Assembly (NCBI GenBank): GCA_963764625.1 | Contig: CAVXTH010000002.1 | Coordinates: 34,554 to 98,553 of the forward strand | Length of the DNA stretch: 64,000 nt | Direction of reading: 5' to 3' | Source of the DNA: Candidatus Krumholzibacteriota bacterium | GTDB lineage: Bacteria > Krumholzibacteriota > Krumholzibacteriia > JAJRXK01 | In this document: positions 1-9,453 of the stretch, piece by piece | Position numbering within the stretch: position 1 is the first letter of the stretch | Layout: each line of letters starts with the position of its first letter | Program-made: the position numbers and the translations under genes | The notes under the pieces: generated by a model | The model's database searches: none | Told to the model about the DNA's origin: nothing | The model's input: the letters and a program-made list of their open reading frames with translations, nothing else

Positions 1-274
1 ACTCACGACACGCCCCACATGGCGGAATAGCTACGCCATTGCTATCCACGGCTGCAACCATGGATACTTTCGTTTCGCCGCTCTTCAGCATCTCTGCCGC
101 CGCCGCTCGTTCCGCACAGAATCCAAGACCACATCGAAGGTCCACGCATATCCCCGTAAATAAGTTGCCGGAGTGCGTATAGAGCGCCGCCGCTACAGTG
201 GCGCATGACCCGCCGGGTAGCGCGCGCGGAGACGCAAGCTGGGCTGCTATTCGAATCAGCTCTCTCGCAGTCAT
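1..274 (-). CDS. Cytidine deaminase family protein (cassette; 3' end outside window)
   Basis: Own translation from ATG 274: MTARELIRIAA...GFCAERAAAAEM...PPCGACRE; zinc-deaminase motifs CAE and PCxxC. Confidence 0.8.
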   Translation of the reverse strand, partial: MTARELIRIAAQLASPRALPGGSCATVAAALYTHSGNLFTGICVDLRCGLGFCAERAAAAEMLKSGETKVSMVAAVDSNGVAIPPCGACRE

Positions 275-360
275 CTTAGCACCGACTCCCCACGCAACCA
301 GGACTATACTGTGCGACTACTTTCCGTTTCGGGTACGAGCCACGTGGCCATTCCCGAAAG

Positions 361-397
361 CCTGACGTCGGCTTCATCTGCTAGAAGCTCCTGCTAG
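361..397 (-). repeat. Degenerate, internally deleted attC
   Basis: cctgacgtcggcttcatctgc...aagctcctgctag resembles both ends of the attC family at 6259 and 15574. Confidence 0.45.
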
Positions 398-801
398 ACT
401 CCGCCACTTTCACCAATCCGTCGGAGCGGCCTGTCTCGAACTATCAGGAAGCCGGAGGCGGCAGCAAAGAAAGCATACACGGCCACAATGAGCCAACCCA
501 ATGCGTTCAGAACGCTCGACAGAGTCGCCTGAAGGGTTACTACCATAGCAATCGCATCATAGACCAGGAGATAGAGAAGGATCGCGCCTCTGGCGTCAGA
601 GGCCCGGACGTCTTTGGCGAACCACATCAGGAGTAGTGCCCCCATGAGGGCAGAGCCGTACTCACGACCCGTGAACGCTCCGCCGGCGCCCAGGTTTGCA
701 CCCAGAATGCCGAGCAATGTCGTTGGCGCAGCAAGCAGGAAAACTCCAAAGACCAAACAGACCGCGGCCTTTGCGACGAGCAACATTCGGTATGACACCA
801 T
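394..801 (-). CDS. Four-TM membrane protein (first cassette after attI copy A)
   Basis: ATG 801 with GGGAGG RBS; four hydrophobic segments. Confidence 0.7.
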   Translation of the reverse strand: MVSYRMLLVAKAAVCLVFGVFLLAAPTTLLGILGANLGAGGAFTGREYGSALMGALLLMWFAKDVRASDARGAILLYLLVYDAIAMVVTLQATLSSVLNALGWLIVAVYAFFAAASGFLIVRDRPLRRIGESGGV

Positions 802-830
802 CTGCCTCCCTTCAGGTAATACTCTCGGGA

Positions 831-950
831 GCCCAACGTGAATTCTACAGCCTCGTGCAAGGAGCCCGCTACGAGGGACCAACACCAGTAGGGATCCTAC
901 GTGGATCCCAGGGACCAAGCAAGCCGTCGGTTGCCAGGGGCCTGCATTCC
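831..950 (-). other. attI-like module copy A
   Basis: gcccAACgtgaattctacagcc...ggagcccgctacgag...gatcctacg...caggg...gcaagcc aligns with the intI-adjacent attI region 62259-62370. Confidence 0.7.
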
Positions 951-1011
951 ATGGCGTTCTTGCCGGTGCGCCTTGAGTCAGAGCTGGGTACGTGGCAGCG
1001 ATCAGATGCAC

Positions 1012-1038
1012 TGCAACCTTTCGGTTCCCTCTCACGTC
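1012..1038 (+). promoter_or_regulatory. Possible ECF-sigma promoter
   Basis: TGCAAC-N17-CGTC upstream of the DUF5916 gene. Confidence 0.3.
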
Positions 1039-1111
1039 CAACGGATAGATGCCAAAAGATCAGTATCCCCCGTGAGCTGCTGAAGCCTCCGTTGAGTCGG
1101 AGGCTTGGCCC

Positions 1112-3847
1112 TTGGAGGCAATCGTGAGCCCTCCCTCAGCCAACCGAGAGGTCCACACCATTTCTGCGGTGCGTTGGGCCGCCGCTGTCGTGTTCCTTCT
1201 TTTCCTGTTCATCTCGGGCGGCACGGCGTGGGCTCGCCAAGGTGGCCCGGGTTCGACGAGCGAGCTGCACGTCGAGCCTCTGAAGTCCGTCAAGGCCCAC
1301 CGTCTTAACGACACAGTCAAGATCGATGGCGTACTTGACGAAGCCGATTGGCAGGGAGAAGGCACCGATGGCTTCGTCCAGAACGAGCCGAACAATGGAG
1401 CCGCGCCCGTGCACCAGACGCGCTTTTGGGTCGGTTACGACGCGGACGCGATCTACCTGGCCATTCGCTGTTTCGACGACGCCCCCGACTCCATCGATAC
1501 GGCCATCGGCCGCCGGGACAGCGGAATCGATACCGACAAGGTCTACTTGGAGCTGGACACCTATAACGACGACCGTACCTGCTTTGAATTCATGGTCAGC
1601 GCCGGCGGCTACATTCTCGATGCTTCCGAGTACAACGAAGGCTGGGAGGATATGTCCTGGGACGGGGTGTGGGATGCCGCGGCCCGCGTCGACGACCAGG
1701 GATGGGCGGCTGAGATGCGCATCCCCTTCTCGCAGCTTCGCTACAGCAAGGACGACGACCAGGTGTGGGGGATCAACATCACGCGCTTCATCAAACGCGA
1801 TCATGGCCGGGAGGATCTGTTCTGGAAGGAGCGCAACGAGTCGGGTCACATCAGCCGCTTTCCCGATCTGGTGGGCATGCATGGACTACATGTGGACAGA
1901 CAGCGTGAGGCAATTCTGTACGGGGTGGGCAAGGGTGAGTATCTGCAGACTACAAACGGCGACCCGTTCAACGACGGCTCCAAGTACCTATACGACGTCG
2001 GCGGTGATCTCAAATGGGCTCTGGGAAGCAATCTCACTCTGAACGCCACCGTCAATCCCGATTTCGGTCAGGTCGAGGTGGATCCCGCCGTGGTCAATCT
2101 CTCGGATGTGGAGACGTTCTTCGATGAGAAGCGCCCCTTCTTCGTGCAGGACAGCAATACCTTCCGGTTTGGCCGCAATGGGACCAACAACAACTGGAAC
2201 TTCAACTGGAGTGATCCGACCCTGTTCTACAGCCGCCGCGTAGGACGCACCCCGCAGTTAGGCGTGACCGACAATGCCGACTACACTGACGACCCGGCGG
2301 GCACCACCATCTTGGGGGCGGCCAAGCTCACCGGGAAGGTGGGTAGCACCAGCATCGGTGGACTCACGGCGCTGACCTCGGCCGAGTTCCACGAGCTGGC
2401 GTCGGGTCCAGTGCGATCGCGGCAGCTCGCCGAGCCCCTCACCAGCTATACTGTCCTGCGGGCCAATCGGACTAATGCCGATGCCAGCCACGCCCTGGGG
2501 TTCATGTTCACGGCTACCGAGCGCAATCTCAGCGATCAAAACGCGCGCCAGTCGCTGACCCGCCAAGCGTATGCCACGGGCATCGACGGCTGGACCTATC
2601 TGGACAGCGATCGGCGCTGGGCGCTGCGCGGCTATCTGAGCGGCAGCCTCATCCAGGGCGAGACCGCGGCCATCCAGGCGCAGCAGCTGTCATCGAGGCG
2701 TTACTACCAGCGGCCCGACGCCGGCTATCTGCATTACGACCCCAATCGCACCCAGCTCAGCGGATGGACCTCGCGTCTGATGCTCAACAAGCAGAAGGGC
2801 GCCTACACACTCAACACCGCCTTGGGAGCCGTATCACCGGGATATGAGATCAACGATCTGGGCTTCCAGTGGCGCGGCGACGTCGTCAACTTCCACATGG
2901 TCGCGGGTCGGCGTTGGACCGAACCCAACCGCGTGTTTCGCAACCGTGGCGTTACCCTGGGCGGGTACTCGACCTGGGATTTCGGTGGCACTCGCAACGG
3001 CGGCGGCGTGGGTCTGTTCTGGAACGCCACGCTGGCCAACTACTGGTGGGCCGATGGTCAGTTCTTCTACAACCCCCAGTCCGACAACACGCGTGCCACC
3101 CGGGGCGGCCCCGTGCTGCGCAACCCCACCAACCGCGAGTTCTATCTGGAAGTGGGTACGGACTCGCGGCGCTGGTATCAGCTGTCGAGCGAAGTGGCGT
3201 CCTCGTGGATGGGAGACGGCACCCGCACCGCCAACGGTGGCCTGAACCTAAATCTGAAACCCACCCCCGCCCTGCAGATCAGCATGGGGCATGAACTGAG
3301 CTGGACCTACGACAGGAGCCAGTACGTCGACACGCGGGAGGATCCCATGTCGGCCACCTATGGTCATCGCTACCTGTTTAGCGACCTCCACTATCGCGAG
3401 CTGAGCATGAGCATGCGCGTGGACTGGTCGTTCACCCCGCAGCTCACGCTGCAGACCTACGTGCAGCCTCTCATCGCCGTGGGCCGCTACAGCGAAATCA
3501 AGGAGTTCACCGATCCCGGTGGTTACGCATTCAAGACCTACGGCAAGGATGGGGGCAGCAGCCTCGCCTACGACGCCGCCAGCGACGTGTACACCATCGA
3601 TCCCGGCGATGGCGGTGATCCCTTCACCCTGGACAACCCTAATTTCAACTTCAAGTCGCTACGGCTGAACATGGTGTTGCGCTGGGAGTATCTGCCGGGC
3701 TCGACCTTCTACCTGGTGTGGACGCGCAACGGCACGAACTTCGATCATCCCGGACAGCTCGATCTGAGCCGTGACATCGACGCGCTGCTCAAGGCGCCCA
3801 GCGACGACGTGGTGTTGGTCAAGCTGACGCGGTGGTTCGATTTCTAG
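1112..3847 (+). CDS. DUF5916-type outer-membrane protein with N-terminal carbohydrate-binding family 9-like domain
   Basis: Signal peptide; IDGVLDEADW, GWAAEMRIPFSQLRY, TVNPDFGQVEVD, EKRPFF, LFYSRRVG; C-terminal F. Exact start uncertain. Confidence 0.85.
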   Translation: MEAIVSPPSANREVHTISAVRWAAAVVFLLFLFISGGTAWARQGGPGSTSELHVEPLKSVKAHRLNDTVKIDGVLDEADWQGEGTDGFVQNEPNNGAAPVHQTRFWVGYDADAIYLAIRCFDDAPDSIDTAIGRRDSGIDTDKVYLELDTYNDDRTCFEFMVSAGGYILDASEYNEGWEDMSWDGVWDAAARVDDQGWAAEMRIPFSQLRYSKDDDQVWGINITRFIKRDHGREDLFWKERNESGHISRFPDLVGMHGLHVDRQREAILYGVGKGEYLQTTNGDPFNDGSKYLYDVGGDLKWALGSNLTLNATVNPDFGQVEVDPAVVNLSDVETFFDEKRPFFVQDSNTFRFGRNGTNNNWNFNWSDPTLFYSRRVGRTPQLGVTDNADYTDDPAGTTILGAAKLTGKVGSTSIGGLTALTSAEFHELASGPVRSRQLAEPLTSYTVLRANRTNADASHALGFMFTATERNLSDQNARQSLTRQAYATGIDGWTYLDSDRRWALRGYLSGSLIQGETAAIQAQQLSSRRYYQRPDAGYLHYDPNRTQLSGWTSRLMLNKQKGAYTLNTALGAVSPGYEINDLGFQWRGDVVNFHMVAGRRWTEPNRVFRNRGVTLGGYSTWDFGGTRNGGGVGLFWNATLANYWWADGQFFYNPQSDNTRATRGGPVLRNPTNREFYLEVGTDSRRWYQLSSEVASSWMGDGTRTANGGLNLNLKPTPALQISMGHELSWTYDRSQYVDTREDPMSATYGHRYLFSDLHYRELSMSMRVDWSFTPQLTLQTYVQPLIAVGRYSEIKEFTDPGGYAFKTYGKDGGSSLAYDAASDVYTIDPGDGGDPFTLDNPNFNFKSLRLNMVLRWEYLPGSTFYLVWTRNGTNFDHPGQLDLSRDIDALLKAPSDDVVLVKLTRWFDF

Positions 3848-3891
3848 GGGCGAGGTGGCGGGCGAGAGGCTGACTCGTCGTCGCAGTAGGA

Positions 3892-4083
3892 TCATTCATC
3901 CTCCGACTTTGCTTCGATGCTCACTACCTCGCCCTCAGATGTAACCACGGTGATGACGATCGGTCGACAACACACACTGCAGTCTTCAACGTATTCCTGG
4001 CGCCTCACTGAGCAGTCGACCACCACCTCGATCTGCTCCCAGCAGTACGGGCACTGGATCGATGCGGATTGGAGATTCGACAT
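3892..4083 (-). CDS. CPXCG-motif cysteine-rich protein
   Basis: CPYCWE...QEYVEDCSVCCRPI, 63 aa. Confidence 0.8.
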   Translation of the reverse strand: MSNLQSASIQCPYCWEQIEVVVDCSVRRQEYVEDCSVCCRPIVITVVTSEGEVVSIEAKSEDE

Positions 4084-4238
4084 CTTGGTTCCCAGAGGGT
4101 CCAGAAGAGTGTGCGCAGTCAGTAGCTTGATGATTCTGCTCAGATCTGCCTCACTGATCAAGCTAGTATCAACGGCGTTGACCGTGGAGTTCGTACGTCG
4201 GAACGGGAGCATCCGGGGCCAGGTGGACCCCGAGACCC

Positions 4239-4787
4239 TCATTGCCTCCAGCGCTCCAATCTGAGATGCGGCCACTGCACACGCTCTGGCTCCATGTTCA
4301 GTTCAACCGATATGCGCTTGCGCAGAACCTCCTCATCAACGAGGGAACTGCTCAGCGGATCCTCACTTGGATATTCGGGTGCCAGCGCCACCCAGAGTTC
4401 CGCGATCTCCAGCTCCGTCGCGTTCAGTGAGCCGCGGGTCGCCAAAACACCCCACTTCGCCCTGTAGTCGGGGTCCGCTCCCGGTAGGCCCTGTCCGGCC
4501 TTGCCGTCGGCCGCGAAGAAACCATCCGCATACCTCGCAGTGGATCCCACCAGGGACTTGCTCGGAAAGAGTGTGACCTGCGTGAGATCGAGACCGTACT
4601 CCTCGTGGAGCTCCCAAGCGGCCCTCGCCAGAGTCTGGGCATGCTCCTGGAAGGTCGATGAATCAGACACAATGTTCCAGTGTCGTGCCGTCCGCTCGTT
4701 CGATGGATTCAACTCGTTGCTGCTCACGACCTGGTAGGGGCGCGCTTCTGACGTGGAGATACCAAAACCAGCTCCCGATAAGCACAT
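4239..4787 (-). CDS. Hypothetical secreted protein
   Basis: Long ORF with hydrophobic N-terminus; start uncertain. Confidence 0.5.
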   Translation of the reverse strand: MCLSGAGFGISTSEARPYQVVSSNELNPSNERTARHWNIVSDSSTFQEHAQTLARAAWELHEEYGLDLTQVTLFPSKSLVGSTARYADGFFAADGKAGQGLPGADPDYRAKWGVLATRGSLNATELEIAELWVALAPEYPSEDPLSSSLVDEEVLRKRISVELNMEPERVQWPHLRLERWRQ

Positions 4788-4831
4788 GGCCAGCGGTACA
4801 ACGACGGCGAATGCGAGCCGGTGGCTCCACA

Positions 4832-5314
4832 CTATCTCGTCATCTCGTTGGCCGACCAACTGATAGCCGCCAACTTCCACTTTCCTGAAATCTTTTGCCA
4901 AACACCCAAATACTTGCCGACGGCCACCGTTCTTTCGCCCGATATTTCGAGCGCCATTTGGCTTCTCCCGTCGAAATACGCCAAGTCGCCCGAAGACCCC
5001 GCCACAATTGCTTCAGGCGTTCCAGATATTTCGATGAAGGGGAACTTGAACCATTGGGTGTCATAAAACACCCTGATGGCCTCATACCCCACAATTGGTG
5101 AATGCCCCGGAGGCTGAAAGACGGCGTGAGGAGCAATAAACTCCATTACACCGTCCAGGTCCCGTTGCTCTTCAGCCCGTAGAAGAGCCAGATCAGCTTC
5201 ACGGATCTGCGCCTCTATCGATTCAGTATCAACTGAACGGCCATTGGTACTGGCACAGCCACCTAACGTCGCGACGGCTACCACCAACAGGGTAAAAGCT
5301 AAATGTCGACTCAT
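4832..5314 (-). CDS. DUF4440/SnoaL-like (NTF2-fold) lipoprotein
   Basis: Lipobox LGGC; SGDLAY...GKYLGVWQK..GKWK; paralog of 52302-52784. Confidence 0.8.
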   Translation of the reverse strand: MSRHLAFTLLVVAVATLGGCASTNGRSVDTESIEAQIREADLALLRAEEQRDLDGVMEFIAPHAVFQPPGHSPIVGYEAIRVFYDTQWFKFPFIEISGTPEAIVAGSSGDLAYFDGRSQMALEISGERTVAVGKYLGVWQKISGKWKLAAISWSANEMTR

Positions 5315-5357
5315 TATTGGCACCCCTCGTTGTCTTCTACGTCGTTGACTTCCGATG

Positions 5358-5423
5358 GTATAACGCTAGAGCTAAGTGGCTGAATCGCCACGTGGCACAG
5401 TCTATTTGAGCGAATTGTCATGC
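5358..5423 (-). repeat. attC (degenerate)
   Basis: gtatAAC...gctaagt...atttgagc...gtcatgc. Confidence 0.55.
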
Positions 5424-5442
5424 TACCTCCACAAGATATTGC

Positions 5443-5753
5443 TCAGCCGCGCCACTTTGATAAGAGCCAGAAAAGGGCGGCGGAATTCATGATTGTAATA
5501 AGTGATGAAAACAACATCGGACGCTCTTTCCGAAATAGCGATATGCATCCCAATATGAACCCTAGTAAAAGAACACCGCCGAAACCGACCAACCCGGCGG
5601 CAATACCTTCATAACCCAGAAGATCCTCGGATGGACAAAAAGGGCCGCACTGATTCGACCAAATGGAAACGCTGCTATCAAACAAGCTAACCCTACGAAA
5701 GCAAAACTTGGCTTTTTCAAATAACCGATTACTTGCTCATCATTTTTTGGCAT
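5443..5753 (-). pseudogene. Small membrane protein cassette, frameshifted
   Basis: Two overlapping hydrophobic ORFs (5562-5753, 5443-5685) directly after an attC core at 5750. Confidence 0.5.
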
Positions 5754-5980
5754 AACGTTGGCTTCACCTGCAAGTGCGGATGGCGAGTTACAGACATCCA
5801 GCGAATCAAGCGCCTCTTATTTCGATTCAGCCGTTCCCGACTTACAATGTTCGGCAAATGCCAAAACGTGGCCGTCGGAATCCATGCTGTATACCAGAAA
5901 ACACCGCAAGCCGATCAAGAGTGGACTGACTTCCTTCGCGCCATTTGCAATTGAACGACTATGATACACTGACGCGTAAT

Positions 5981-6235
5981 CTACGACCGAGTCGACTCGG
6001 CGCGAGGTACGCCTGAGGCCGTGGCGGGATCCGGAATCGCCCTGCCGGTCGCCGACAACTCCCTCCCTGGCATCAAACCCAGATTTCCGCCACTTACCAA
6101 CGGAAACTCGGTCATGCCCGGGACGTTAAGAATCGGTTCAACACCGAGTACTGCGCGATAGAATTCACAGCTACGCTCCTGGCTTGAAACGTAGAACACG
6201 ATAAGCGCTCGATGCACTGGACCCGTCAAAGTCAA
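5981..6235 (-). pseudogene. Truncated VOC/glyoxalase cassette
   Basis: FYRAVLG..P.LNVPGMTEF...LGLMP matches 60807-61196; frameshifted, C-terminus missing. Confidence 0.7.
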
Positions 6236-6258
6236 TCCTCCGTCAATTCCCTACGTCC

Positions 6259-6355
6259 TCATAACGCTGAGTTCACCTGCAAAGACGATTGGCGCGCCCC
6301 TCGTCCCACCAGGGTCACAACGAGCGGCTTTGGCAGGTGCAAGCTCCTGTTAGGC
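6259..6355 (-). repeat. attC
   Basis: tcatAAC..ttcacctgc...gcaggtgcaa..GTTaggc with extrahelical base. Confidence 0.85.
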
Positions 6356-6427
6356 AATTCCAAGGTCCAAAGAACGGGTCCAACTGCTGCTCACATCCTC
6401 GCAAAGGTTCCATAAGGTCACTGTCAC

Positions 6428-6742
6428 TCATGCTAAAACAGAACTCCCAAACCGATCGCAAACAGCCCCGGCAAAGCACTCCAGTATCCTATCCTGTTCA
6501 CCCTTGTCCAAGGCCAGAAGTTCTGCCAACCCAGCTATTTTATCCGCGTCTAGCTCAGTTAGCAATTCAGCCGGGCATTGATCAATGTCAGCTTGAGTCG
6601 AACCACCGCGATAGCCACCTAATTCACAGACTCGAGCAAGCAAGTCATCAACTGTTGTGAGCGCCGAAGTCCCTTGTGTGAGTGAGTCGTCGTCACTACA
6701 GGCTGATATCAGTAAAAGCAGAAGTCCAACCCCTAGATTCAT
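6428..6742 (-). CDS. Hypothetical lipoprotein cassette
   Basis: LLLLISAC lipobox; lies between attC sites. Confidence 0.6.
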   Translation of the reverse strand: MNLGVGLLLLLISACSDDDSLTQGTSALTTVDDLLARVCELGGYRGGSTQADIDQCPAELLTELDADKIAGLAELLALDKGEQDRILECFAGAVCDRFGSSVLA

Positions 6743-6803
6743 TCTTAGGATTTACATTGTGCCCTCCTACTGAGAAATCATCAACTGCCCAACATTGAGA
6801 TTT

Positions 6804-6910
6804 GTCTAACGTCTGTTTCAGCTGCAAAGCTGGCTAGCGGACCGTTGGCCCCGCCGAGGCCGTGACAGATGCGATTGTCGGCTGCAAGCGCTTTTTCGAC
6901 ACGTTCAGAC
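6804..6910 (-). repeat. attC (degenerate)
   Basis: gtctAAC..ttcagctg...cggctgcaa. Confidence 0.6.
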
Positions 6911-6960
6911 GGCATGATTGGGCTATGAAGTCTGTCCTAGCCAGACGAGAAATCCGCCAC

Positions 6961-7266
6961 TCAGGACTCGACCACCAACGCACCGGCAATCAACCCTTGT
7001 GCGGCGTCGCCCAGCAAGGAAAAAAAGAGTGCCGTCATGCCGTAGGTGACCGCGCTCATCCAAATGCACCAGCCAGCCTTTGGAGAATGGCGCCTTAGAT
7101 CCGCTGTCTGAATTACCCCCGCCAACGCGCCGGCGATAATTCCGATGGGGACCAGCCACGCAACGGGCACTACAATAGCGTCGAACCAGGCCTCCTCTAA
7201 TAACACATCGAAAGTGAACGGAAGCCCGAACCCGACTATCACACCCCTCGTGCTCCGCAAACTCAT
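6961..7266 (-). CDS. Hypothetical membrane protein
   Basis: Hydrophobic ORF with RBS; end may be frameshifted. Confidence 0.45.
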   Translation of the reverse strand: MSLRSTRGVIVGFGLPFTFDVLLEEAWFDAIVVPVAWLVPIGIIAGALAGVIQTADLRRHSPKAGWCIWMSAVTYGMTALFFSLLGDAAQGLIAGALVVES

Positions 7267-7512
7267 CAGGTGGATTCAGTTTCAAGCCGTTCTCTCCAGC
7301 CTCCAAAAACCTCCAGGACTACCGCTGTCTTCCTCTTTGCCGTCCATCGTTGAATCTCAAGCGTCTCATCCGTCATCGTTTACCTCCATAACTAAGACCC
7401 TGCTATCTTAGCAGCTGTCCAGTCTCAGGGGGGACGCTATACCCGCTCGCAACGCCACGGGGCTGCGCGATCGTTGGCCTGTGGGGGACACGATGGATAT
7501 TCCCGCACCAGT

Positions 7513-8418
7513 TTATTTGTTAACAGTGAAATTGAACACATCAGGTCTTGCATAATGCCCAACTACATCGAACCTGCGTTTTGCAGCAATGATTTCGCTT
7601 AAATCGATATCTGCGTATAGGATCAATTCTCTTGAATCTATGGGGCCAGAAATTATTTCACCTTTTGGATTAATAATGCAACTCTGTCCTTTGCTTATCC
7701 ATTCTTTCCCTTTTGGGTATATCGTTTTTAATTCTTCGGGTACATCATCTATATGCAAGGTCATGCAGTTACTTATGACAAACAAGCCACCTTCTCTTGC
7801 AATATGCCGCACACTTTCCAACCAATCATCACCTTGATCCCAAGTTGGAGAAGCAAGTATTTGAGCTCCAGATTCATAAATTGCATTTCGTGCCAAAGGC
7901 ATGAAATTTTCCCAACATATAAGGCCACCAATCTTCCCAGCAGATGTGTCATAGGATTTAAGTGTACTGCCATTTCCTTGGCCCCATATCAACCGTTCAC
8001 AATTTGTGGGCATTAATTTTCTATGTTTCCCAAGTATTTCACCAGCATCATCTATAAATAGAATTGTGTTATAGAGGCTGGAATTACTAGTCTCGGAGTT
8101 TCGTTCGTTCATCCCCATGACCACATTGATATTTGCTGACTTTGCCGCTTCAGAGAGCCTTCTAGTTGTATTGTCGGGAATTGATACCGCATTCTCTACT
8201 AGCTTTACATATAGGTCGTTTAGTTGCTCAGTTTGGTTGGCAGGAATACACCATACCCAATCCGGATAACCGGAAATAAACGCTTCGGGAAATACAATTA
8301 ACTCTGCTCCATTTTTTCCGGCATCTAAAATAGCTGAACATGCTTTGTCAACCGTTTGTTCCTTGTTCAAAAATACTGGTGTAAGTTGAGCTGCTGCTAT
8401 TTTTGTTTTCTTAACCAT
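7513..8418 (-). CDS. Nitrilase / carbon-nitrogen hydrolase
   Basis: Catalytic triad motifs FPEA, HRKL, ICWEN; FDVVGHYARPDVF; visibly AT-rich. Confidence 0.92.
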   Translation of the reverse strand: MVKKTKIAAAQLTPVFLNKEQTVDKACSAILDAGKNGAELIVFPEAFISGYPDWVWCIPANQTEQLNDLYVKLVENAVSIPDNTTRRLSEAAKSANINVVMGMNERNSETSNSSLYNTILFIDDAGEILGKHRKLMPTNCERLIWGQGNGSTLKSYDTSAGKIGGLICWENFMPLARNAIYESGAQILASPTWDQGDDWLESVRHIAREGGLFVISNCMTLHIDDVPEELKTIYPKGKEWISKGQSCIINPKGEIISGPIDSRELILYADIDLSEIIAAKRRFDVVGHYARPDVFNFTVNK

Positions 8419-8689
8419 GTTGTTCCCTTCTTCTAATTGCCTGCTACGCAGGTATATATTCCAGCGCTCCTAACTGTCAACATTAACAGTAAAAGCGCTG
8501 GGGCATGTAAATACTCTCCGGGTATTCCAGAACCTCCGTTACGTGAGTACCACCTCTCCGGCTGATTCGGCCGGTCTGCCGTGAAGACGCATTTCACGAG
8601 ATCGGCAAGACTCTGCAAATCGGCTCGACCCCGTACTCGCCTCGACTCCGATACACACCTAACTGCCAGATGCGGAGACCGCATCGAGT

Positions 8690-9154
8690 CTACGCAGTCG
8701 GCCGTTGGACATTGCTACGTCCTTCGGGTGGTAAGTCCAACCAGAGAGCCGTAAGAGACAGGTTAATGTCCCAGAGGAAGAGCAGGAGCGCAGATATGAG
8801 GCAGAGCATACAGAGGATGAACGCGATGGAGAGGACAACTCCGACCGCAAGCTCAAACAAGGCCCCTAGGAACAGGCTGATGATGAGGAACGCCGCGAGA
8901 AGGGCGCTGAGGGCCGCGAGGGCAACGCTTGTCCGGACTATTCTTCCCCTACTCGAGAGAATCCTCAGCTCCGCCAGAATCGTGGCTCGTTGCATTTCGG
9001 ATGCCCCATGCAGGTCGTAGTTGAGGAGCCGGGATCGGTCGATAACGCGGCCGAAGCGGTTGGTCATACTCAAGAGGATCAGTCCAATACCCGAAATCAG
9101 GATGACCGGACTGATAGAGAGCTGCAGTGTAGGGATGAGGTCAGTGAGTGACAT
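8690..9154 (-). CDS. DUF2721-like membrane protein (first gene after attI copy B)
   Basis: ISPVILISGIGLILLSMTNRFGRVIDRSR. Confidence 0.75.
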   Translation of the reverse strand: MSLTDLIPTLQLSISPVILISGIGLILLSMTNRFGRVIDRSRLLNYDLHGASEMQRATILAELRILSSRGRIVRTSVALAALSALLAAFLIISLFLGALFELAVGVVLSIAFILCMLCLISALLLFLWDINLSLTALWLDLPPEGRSNVQRPTA

Positions 9155-9242
9155 GAAAACCCCCGTCAGCCGCAATGGCTGGTATGTTGATCGTCGGTCG
9201 AGCGTGCGGCCTCGCTTCTGCCGGGCCCTACTCTCGGAAATG

Positions 9243-9356
9243 TCTGGCGTGAATTCGACCGCCCCATGAAAGGGGCCTGCAAGGAGTCGTCCAGCACCGA
9301 TACTGACCTTACCCCGCTCGAGGGAACCGAGCAAGTCAATACATTTCAATGGCTTA
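9243..9356 (-). other. attI-like module copy B (core mutated)
   Basis: gtgaattcgaccgccccatgaaagggg...gagtcgtccagcacc...agggaaccgagcaagtc...atggctta aligns with copies C, E, F. Confidence 0.6.
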
Positions 9357-9453
9357 CAAGACAAGGAAGTCCCCTAAGAAAACGTGATCGATTCCGCTCC
9401 GGTTCCGTGCGTCTTCCTCCGAGCGAATTCACCGGACCCGTCTGTGAAAGGAA

